Of a stretch of 64,000 bases of DNA, positions 8,455 through 17,900 are shown piece after piece. Under the pieces are notes generated by a model that was not told the DNA's origin, made no database searches, and saw only the letters and a program-made list of their open reading frames with translations. Each line of letters begins with the position of its first letter. The stretch's first letter is position 1. The stretch comes from Deltaproteobacteria bacterium (GTDB lineage Bacteria; Myxococcota; XYA12-FULL-58-9), in the NCBI GenBank assembly GCA_016218825.1, contig JACRCV010000034.1:12177-76176 (forward strand), given 5' to 3'. Both the position numbers and the translations under genes were made by a program.

Positions 8455-8644
8455 CCACACCTTCGCGTCACACCTCGTCATGCGAGGCGTCACGCTCAAG
8501 GCAGTGCAGGAGCTCCTGGGGCACGCGTCGATCGACATGACGATGCGCTACGCCCACCTGAGCCCGGACGTGCGCCGCTCGGCTGTGGACGTGCTCGTCG
8601 GTCACGGCAAAACAACGGCAAAACAACTGCAAGAGGCGAGATGA
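8455..8644 (+). pseudogene. C-terminal fragment of a tyrosine integrase
   Basis: HTFASHLVMRG...VQELLGHASIDMTMRYAHLSP (box II with catalytic Tyr); the rest of the gene is missing; abuts the tRNA-fMet 3' end. Confidence 0.9.
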
Positions 8645-8696
8645 TGGTTGCAAACAGGCAGGGCTACGGCAACCTGACGGCAACAGAGGTGGCAAA
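8604..8696 (+). promoter_or_regulatory. Putative integrase arm-type repeats ACGGCAA(A/C)
   Basis: ACGGCAAAACA x2 (8604-8625), ACGGCAAC x2 (8666-8684) and TGGCAAA, lying between the integrase end and the tRNA. Confidence 0.55.
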
Positions 8697-8734
8697 AAGC
8701 AAAACGGGCAGTCAGCCTCTCAGCTAACTGCCCG
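8694..8734 (-). terminator. Intrinsic terminator downstream of tRNA-fMet
   Basis: Minus strand CGGGCAGTTAGC-TGAGAG-GCTGACTGCCCG followed by TTTTGCTTTTT. Confidence 0.75.
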
Positions 8735-8741
8735 AAATGTT

Positions 8742-8818
<77 letters not shown>

Positions 8819-8977
8819 ACAAGTGTCAGGGCCTATAGTGAGTGCGGCGCGACAAGTCAAGCGCAAATCCCCTCGCAACGCGAGTCGGCCGAAAACTATC
8901 GGCCCTGATCGGTGGATGCTAGACTCGGCCGCAGCGTGCGCTCGGGTGGGTCGTGTGCCCGGCGCGGAGGCGTGCGA

Positions 8978-11900
8978 GTGGCCGGAAAGTCAAAGCCCGC
9001 GGGCGAGAAGATCGAGGCGCTGCCGACCCTCGAGGGCGCGCTCGGCTTCTCGCTCAGCTTCATCAGCGGCCACGGCCTGTTGTCGATGCGCGACAAGCGG
9101 ATGGGGCCGTTCGAGATCAAGATCCTCGAGCTCGAGATCCCCGACATCGCCTTCCCCTTCGACGTCACCGGCGGCGCCGAGCGCTTCAAGAGCCGGCGCT
9201 GCACCCTGCGGCATTTGGTCTACGGCCTCGACGCCGAGGGCCTCGCCGCGGCGCTCAAGCGCACCGACCTCAAGGCCGCGGGGTTCCACGAGATCCGCGC
9301 TGCGATCCGCGACGGCTACACCGAGTTCACCGGCCGCTTCGCCGTCGGCGAGCACCAGGCCGACTTCACCTTCCGCGCCGCGCTCGTGGTCCGCTCCCCC
9401 GAAGAGCTCAACATCGTGTTCTTCGACACCCGGGTCTACGGCTGGCTGCCGGTGCCCTCCGGCCTGTTGCCGGAGTACCTGCGCCGCGGCCTCGACCTGC
9501 AGTTCCTGGCCGGTGGCCGCGCCGGCGTCTGGGTCGTCCGCCCCATCGAGCACCTGCTGCGCGAGCTCTTGCCGCGCAACGGCTGGAAGATCCCCGACAC
9601 CCGCCACGCCGGGCTCGTCGCCGCCGAGGCGGCGCGCGGCCAGATCGTGTTCGTCGGCGGCCCCGAGGGCGAGCCGAGCCCGAAACAGATCGCCGAGCGC
9701 GCCCCGCCCCCCGCCGCGATCCGCGCCGGCGAAGGCATCGCCACCTTCGGCACCGCCGAAGAAGCCCTCGGCCGCGGCAACATCCAGCTCGCCTACCAAT
9801 ACTTCCGCGAAGCCGTCGACGACGACCGCGGCGGCCGCTGGGCGCGCGAGCGTCTGCTACAAATCGGCGCCAGCGACCCCGAGCTCGCGGTCGAGACCCG
9901 GCAGCTCGCCGAGGAGACGCTCACCGAGGAGCCGCAGAACGTCCAGGCCCTCCTCGCCCTCGCCGCCATCGCGTTGCGGGAGCGCTCCTGGGGCGAGGCC
10001 GCCAATCGCTACAGCGCCCTCGCCGAGATCGCCCGCACCCACAAAGACCGCTTCGACGCCCTCGCCGCTGACTTGGCCACCGCCGACGCCGCCAAGCCCG
10101 TCGATCCCGGCGCCGCCCTCGCCGCCTACGAGCGCGCCGCGGCCCGGGCTCGCGATTCGCTCTCGGCGCATCGATCGCTGCTCGAGCTCCGCAGCGTCCA
10201 GGGGGACTGGCAAGGCGCGGCCCTCGCCGGCGAGCGGTTGGCGCGGCTCGAGAGCGACGTCATAAGGCGCGCCGAGATCTACAGCGCCCTCGGCCACATC
10301 TACCGCGCCCAGCTCGGCGACCTGAAACGCGCCCGCCTCCACTTCGAGCGCGCGCTGCGCCTCGCGCCCAACGACCCGACCGCCCTCGAAGGCCTGGCCG
10401 AGACCTACGCCGCCCGGGGCGAGCCGGCCCGCGCCGCGTCCTATCTGTCACGCCTCGCGGAGCAGGCCGAGGAGGCCGGCGAGACCTCGCGGATCGTGAC
10501 GTTGAACCTGCGGCTGGGCGAGATCTGGGAGCGCTGGCTCGCCGATCTCGAGAGCGCCACCAGCCGCTACATGCGGGTGTTGGACGTCGATCCCAAGAAC
10601 CGCACCGCCCGCCTCCGCCTCGCCAAGCTCGCCGAAGACAAGGGCGACGTCACCCGCGCCCGCACCCTGTACGAAGACATCCTCGCCGCCGAGGAAGAGC
10701 GCGGTGACCCCGAGGCCGTCCCCGACCTCGTCGCCGCCTACACCCGCCTCGCGCGTGTCACCTTCACCACCGACGGCCCGACCCCCGAAGCGATCGCCTG
10801 CTTGGAGCGCGCCGTCGAGCTCGACCCCACGAACCGCGCGGCGCGCGACGAGCTCGGCAAGGTCTTGCAGCAGCGCGGCGAGTGGTCGCGGCTCTTGCAC
10901 CTGCTCGACGAGACCATTCGCGTCAGCCAGACCCCCGCCGAGACCCGCTACGCCCGGCTGCAGGCGGCGACGATCGAGCTCAAGGAGCGCCGCGACCGGG
11001 ACGCCGCCGAGCGCTACCTGCTCCAGATCCTCGACCTGCACCCCGACGACGCCGACGCGCTCGCGATGCTGGTGCCGCTGCTCGAGGCCGGCGGTGACTG
11101 GGTCGAGGTCATCGATCGCCTGTCGGCGGCGGCGCAAGCGACGACCGAGCCCGAACGCCGCGCCGCGCACTGCTTGAAGCTGTCGGCGGCGCACGCGCAG
11201 CTGGGCTTCGACGTCGAGGTCCAGCGCCGTGACCTCGAGAGCGCCCTCGACGCCAACCCCTTCCACCACGCCGCCGCCGAAGGGTTGCTGGCGCTCGCCC
11301 TGACCCAACAAGATCCGCATCGCATCTCCCGGGCGCTGCAACGCCTGGCGACCGCCGCCACCAGCGACGCGGCGCGGAGCGCGGCGCTGACCCGCCGCGG
11401 CGTCCTGCTGTGGCGCGAGCTGCGGCAACCGGCCGAGGCCGAGCCGGTCCTCTACGAAGCGGTGCGCGCCGACGCCGGCAACTCCGACGCCTGGCTGGCG
11501 CTCGCGGATATTCTCGAGGCGCGTAAGGCGGGCGCCGAGTGCGGCGTCATCCTCAACAACGCGCTCGCGACCCCCGGGCTCGCGAAGGCGGTGGCCGGAT
11601 CGTTGCACCGGCGCCTCGCCGACCTCGCGGCGCAGGCCGACGACGCCGACGCTCAGATCCAACACCTCACCGCCGCCATCGAGTGCGGCCTGGTGACCGA
11701 CGAGGTGTGCGAGCGCCTGGTGCTGGTGTTGAGCAAACGCGGCGATCGACGGCTCGCGGCCGAGCACCTCGAGGCCTGGGCCGCGGCGCAGAGCGGCGAC
11801 GCCGCCGATGACATGGTGCTGCGCGCCGCCGAGGTACGGCGCTCGCTCGGTGACATGGACCAAGCCGCGACCCTGCTGCGCCGCCTGTTCGAGGGCGCCG

Positions 11901-14900
11901 GCCGGCGCAAGGTCGAGGCGGCCGACCTCCTGGAGCGCGTCGCGGTGGAGCGCGCCGATCCGAAGGGGTTGACCGAGGCGCTGACCTTCAAGGTCGCGGT
12001 GGCGCCGCCGGACGCGGTCCTCGGATTGCTCGAGCGCTTGGTGGCGGCGCAGCTCGCGGCGAGCGACGTCAGCGCCGCGGAGCAGACCTGCGCGCGGCTC
12101 CTCACCCTCGAGCCCGCGTCGCCGGCGGCGCACCGGACCATGGCCACGATCCAAGAGGACCGCGGCGAGTGGCAGAAGGCCATCGACCACTATTGGCAGC
12201 TGCTGATCGAGACCAAGCGCGACCGGCAGGACCGCAACGAGCGCCGCAAGGCCTTCGAGCGTGCCGCGGCCCTGGTGCGCGAGATCGAGCCGGCACTTCT
12301 TGCGACCTTGCGCGAGGCCTTCGATGTCGAGTTCCCGGAGGCGCCGCCGAGCGCCCTGGACCGCAGCCTCGGGGATCTGCTGCGCGCCGAGAGCAAATGG
12401 CAGCCGCTCTTCGAGCTGCGCCGCCGCCAGATCCAAACGGCGTCGCCGCAGCAGGCCGTGACCTACCGCCGCGAGGCCGCCGAGATCCTGCACCGCCATC
12501 TCGGCCAGAGCGAGAAGGCGATCCCGTACTACCAAGACGTCATCGCCGCGCGCCCCAATGACTTCCAGGCGCGGGCGGCGCTGGTCGAGGTGTTCACCGG
12601 GTTGGGGCGGTGGGGCGATCTGGCGAGCTTGCTGTTCGCGATGAGCCAGATGGTCGCCGAGCAGGCGGACGCCATCGACTACGCTCTGCACAGCGCCGAG
12701 ATCTACGCCGACAAGGTCGGCGACCGCGCCACCGCCATCCAGGTCCTGAACGCGCTGACCGGCGTCGCCGACACCACCGGCAACGCCCGCTTCGCCGCCG
12801 CGCTCCGCAAGCTGGGGATGACGGCCGAGCTCGCCGACTACCTCGAGGCCGCGGTGGCCAAGTCGCCCGACCCCGAAGACCCGCAGTTCACCGAGCTCGT
12901 CGGCCTGTTGGGTGGGCCGCTCAACGACGTGGCGCGCGCGGTGCTGTGGTGCGAGCGGATGAGCGAGGCGTACCCCGGCGCCGAACGGCCGCGCCGGACC
13001 TTGATCGACATCCTCAAGGCGAACCCGAAGGCCGGGAGCATCGACAAGGCGCTGCGGGCGTGGGCGCAAGCGCTCGCCGGCAAGCCTCGGGCGCGGGTGC
13101 TCGTCGAGCTCGCGGAGCAGGTGCGGCAGACCGGGGACGAGCGCCAGGCCCTCGCGGTGATGGCGGAGGCCGTCGAGGCCGACCCGTCGTCGGAGCAGCT
13201 CCTCAATCACCTGGTCGAGCGCTACACCGCGCGCGGCGAGTGGGACCAGGTCCGCACCTGGCTCGACCGCCTGGCGTTTGCCACCGAGCCCGGCGCCGAG
13301 CGCGAGCAGCGCCTGCGGCGTTTGCTCGAGGTCGCCACCGACTACGCCGACTCTGCAGAGGTCGCCGCCCGCGCCCTGCGCGCCCTCGATCACCGCACCC
13401 CGGCCGAGACCCGGCACCTGGCGCAGCTGTTCGCGCAGCTCGGCAACATCGAGGGGTTGGGCGAGCTCGGCGACGTCTTCGACGTCCTCGATCGCGACAC
13501 GACCCTCCTGGTCGCAAAAAGGCTCGTGGCGCAGGGGCGCCTCGACGAAGCGCGGCGCTACCTCGACGCCGGCATCGACAAGGGCGGGGCGTTGCAGGCC
13601 TGGGAGATCGCGACCGAGGCGTGGCGGGCCGCCGGCAGGCTCAAGGACCTGGGCGAGTGGCGTTTCGCTCGCGCCGCGACCGCGAGCGCCGAAGATCGAC
13701 CGTTGTTGCAGCTCTTGGGGCGCGCCGAGCTGCTCGAGGCCGGCGAGGTCGTGGCCGGCGCCGAGGCCGAGCTGATGCAAGAGCTCGCCGCCGCCAACCT
13801 CACCAACCTCGCGAGCGCCTGGGCGGTGTTCAGCGTCGCCCAGAGCATCGGCAGCCAAGAGTGGTTGGACAAGGCGGCGAGGAGTCTCGAAGCGCGCCTC
13901 GCCGACAGCGACCCCCGCTTCCCGCGGGTCCTGCGGGCCCGCATCGACCATGAGCTCGGGCGCGCGCACGCCGCCGCCGCCGTGCCGCTCGCGCGCCGCC
14001 TCTTCGAGATCGACGCCGCCACCCACGAGGCGCTGTACGAGAAGGTGTTGGTGGCCGCCGACGAGACCGAGGCGCTCGTGGCGCTGCTCGGCAGACGCGC
14101 CGAGACCGACGCTGCCGCGGCCCCGGCCTTGTGGATGCAGATCGCGGCGATCCACATCCGCCACCACGCCCCGGCCCGCGCCGGCGAGGCGCTCGAGCAC
14201 GTCGCGGCCGACGCCCGCAACACCGAGTGGGCGAAGCTGGCCCTCGAGGTCGGCGCCCTGGGCCCGGACCCGGCGATGCAGGCCGCGGGTGCCCAGCGGA
14301 TGGCCGTCCTGGCGGCGGACCCGGCGGCGAAGGCGGTGTGGCTGCGGCGCTACGCGCGGATCGCGTGGCAGGACCTCAAGGAGGTGCACGCCGCCAAGGA
14401 CGCGCTCACCGAGGCCCAGGCGCTGCTGCCGCTCACCACCAAGGCGGTCCTCGACGAGGTCGCCGAGCTGCACACCCACGGCAAGGACGCGCAAGCCCAC
14501 CAGGTCCTGGACGAGGCCCTCGCGGTGCTCGACGGCGAAACGAGCGGCGTGTTGTGGGTGGAGCGCGGCGAGCTGAGCTTGGCGACCGGCGACGCCGCCC
14601 GGGCGCTGGCGTCGCTGTCACGGGCCAACGAGGTGGTCGGCGGCGACGCCGCGCTGTGGCAACGGGTCGGTGACCTGGCGGCGGGGCTCGAGGAGGCCGA
14701 GCTCGCGCTCAAGGCGTTCGCCCGCGCCTTCGAGATCGATCACGAGCGCGAGCAACCGTACCTCGAGGCGCTGAAGCGCGCCGCAGAGTGGGACAAGCTC
14801 GCCGCGGTGCTCGAGAGCCGCGCCGACGACCTGGCGCGCGAGCCGGGCGCCGAGCGCTTGATGGCCGCGGCCGCCATTGTCCGCACCCACCTGGACGACA

Positions 14901-17900
14901 GCGCCCGGGCGCTGGCGCTGATGGAGCGGGCGACGAAGCTCGCGCCCACCATCGACAACCTGCGCGTGACCTTCAAGCTCGCGGTCGAGCTCGATCGCGG
15001 CTCGGTGGTCGCGGCGCTCGGTCCGGCCCTGTTGAAGCGGCTGCCGGCCACCGACGCCGAGCGTGAGGCGGTGCTGCATCGCCTGGTGGCGTCTCTCGAG
15101 CGCCTCGGTCTCACCGCCGACGCGCGCCCGGCGCTCGAGGAGCTGCGGGCGCGCAAGGTGGCCACCGCCGAGGAGACCCTGCTCTTGGCGCAGCTCTTGA
15201 CCGACGACGACCCGGTGGTCGCCGCGGGGCTGTTGGAGGATGCGGCGCAAGGCAGCCGCGGGGCGGAGCGCGGCGTGCGGTTGTTTGCCGCCGCGCGCGC
15301 GCGGGTGGCCGCCAAGCAGACGCCGCTCGCGGTGCCGCTCTTGACCCAGGCCATCGCCGACGGTGTCGATGCGGTCGAGGCGCACCGGCTCGCGGTCGAG
15401 ATCTTGCCCGGTGAAGCGCGCTTGAAGAGCGTCGCGCGCTTGCTCGCCCAGGGCGGTGACCAGGGCCTGGAGGCGACGGTCCGCGCCGAGCTGCGGCTCG
15501 AGCTCGCCACCGACCGGCTGGCGCGCGGCGACGCCGACAGCGCCTATACCCTCCTCGCCGAGCTGACGCAGTTCGCCAAGCCCGCGGCGTGGGCCCCGAC
15601 CTATGAGCAGGCGCTGCGCGCCCTCCACAAGGAGCGGGAGCTCGCGGAGCTGTGGTTGGATGCCGCGGCGCCGTCGACCTGGCGCGGCAACGACTACCTG
15701 TCCCGGGTTCGCGAGGCCGCGAGCATCTTCGCGCGCCTCGAGGACGTCTTGGGGGAGCTGCGAGCGCTGCAGACTCTCGGCCGGCTCCTCCCCGACGACG
15801 CCGAGGTGCAGAGCCGGTTGGTGGAAGTCGCGGCGGCGCTCGGGGACAAGGACCAGTTCGCGGCGCACGTCCGCCAGGAGATGGAGAGCGCCAAGACCCC
15901 GGAGGCGCGAAGCGGCGTGGCGCTGCGCTACGCGTCGGTCTTCAAGGATCGCTTCGAGGACCTCGAAGCCGCGGCGGCGCTGCTCGAGCAGGCGTACCAC
16001 CAAGCGCCGACTGCCGGCCTCGCGAAGACCTTGGCTGCCACCTTGGTGGCGGCGAAAGAGCCGGTCCGCGCCGTCAGCGTCCTCGTCGAGCAGGTCGAGC
16101 GCGAGACCGGGGTGGTGCAGCTGCGCCTGCTCGGGATCGCGGCCGGGATCGCGGCGACCGACGCCAACGAGGCCGCGAGCGCGTACGCCCTCTATCATCG
16201 GATCTTCGACATCGATCCGACCCAGGTCGAGGCCCAGAAGTTCTGTCTGGCGTACAGCCTGGAGGCTGAGCACTGGGAGGACGCGATCGACGTCCTCGAG
16301 CGCACCGCCGCGGTGAGCAAAGATCCGCGCGCCGTCTACGCCGAGCTGGTGCGCGCCGCGGACCTGGCGCGCGACGAGCTCAAGGACGAGAAGCGCGAGC
16401 TGCACCTGCTCGAGGCCGCCGTCGAGGCGTGTCCTACCGAGGCCGAGGGCGTCACCCGCCTGGTCGCAAAGCTCCTGAAGCACAAGGACCTCGACGGGGC
16501 GCTCGGCCTGGTGCTCGGCGGCCACGTGGAGGCGGAGTCGGAGCTGCCGATGGGGATGGAGCTGTTGGCGGCCCTGCGGCGCCAACAGCGCAGCGCCGAG
16601 GCGGACCACCTCCTGGACTTTCTCGCCGGCCGTCACCCCGAGTCGACCCTCGGCTCCGAAGCGCGGTTGAAGAACGCCCGCGCCAGCGGCGACCACGCCA
16701 CCGCGCTCCGCGAGCTCAAGGTGCAGCTCACCCACAGTGACGCGCTGTCCGCCGAGGAGCTGGCGCGGCTGCTCGCCGAGGCCGGGCGGGCGGCGCACGC
16801 CCTCGGCGACGCCGCCGCGGCGCTGACCTACGTCACCAACGCGATCACCACCGGCGACACCGAGGTCGCGAGCCTGCGGCTGGCCTTCGAGCTCGCCGAC
16901 GAGCTCGCGGACACCGAGCGTCTGCACCTGGTGATGAGCCGAGCCGCGGCCCGCCGCGCCGAGATCGCCGAGCACGCCGACGGCGCGACCGGGATCGAAC
17001 GCGACCACTGGCGATTCTTGCTGGCGCGCGCCTGTGAGACCGCCGGTGCGCTCGACCCGGCGATCGCCGCGTATGAAGCGGTGAGCTCGGACGCGCCCGC
17101 CGCGGTCTTGAACGGCGTCCTGCGTGGCCTGGAGCGCCTCTACGAGAAGAAGAACGATTGGCAGAAGCTGGCGATGCTGCTCAACCGCCGGGCGGCGGCG
17201 CTCGAGGACTCCCCGACGCGGGCGGAGATCTATCACCGCATGGGCGTGATCTGGCAGCACCACCTGATCGACGAAGAACGCGCCGGCGACTGCTTCGCCT
17301 TGAGTCTGCGGGCCGACAGCTCCTACGGGCCGGCGCAGCTCGCCTACGGCCTGCTGCTGTATCAGCGCAACCAGTTCGACTTGGCGCTGGCGCTGCTGTC
17401 GAAGTGCCTCGAGGTCGCGGACCCGGCGACCTCGACCGCCGAGCTGATGGCGCTCGCCGACTGCATGCGCCAGACCCAGGCCTATGACGACGCGCTCACG
17501 GTCACCGCCGAGATCTTGCGCCGCGAGCCGAAGCGCACCGAGATCCTCGCCAGCCGCGCCGAGATGCTCGAGAGCTTGAAGCGGCCGGCCGAGGCCGCGG
17601 TCGAATGGAAGCGCTACCTGATGGCGATGGGGAGCGGCGCGCCCGCGTCCCAGGCGGCACAGGTCCGACGGCGGTTGGCGTCGCTGGCGCTGGCTGGGGA
17701 CGACCAGGACGCGGCGGTGCGCGAGCTCGAAGAGGCCCACCAACTGCAGTCCGACGACATCGAGGTCATCGTCAGCCTGCGCGAGCTCTACGAGAAGACC
17801 CAGCGCTGGGCCGAGGCCGTGGAGATGCGGGTCCGCGAGGCGGCGATCGCCGACGACGCCGAGGTCCGCACCGGGCACTACAAGACCCTGGCGGCGATCT

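Noticed and set aside
8134-8538. 134-aa ORF as a single intact gene
   Set aside because: Its first ~35 codons are the antisense of the integrase fragment; only the distal part is patatin-like.
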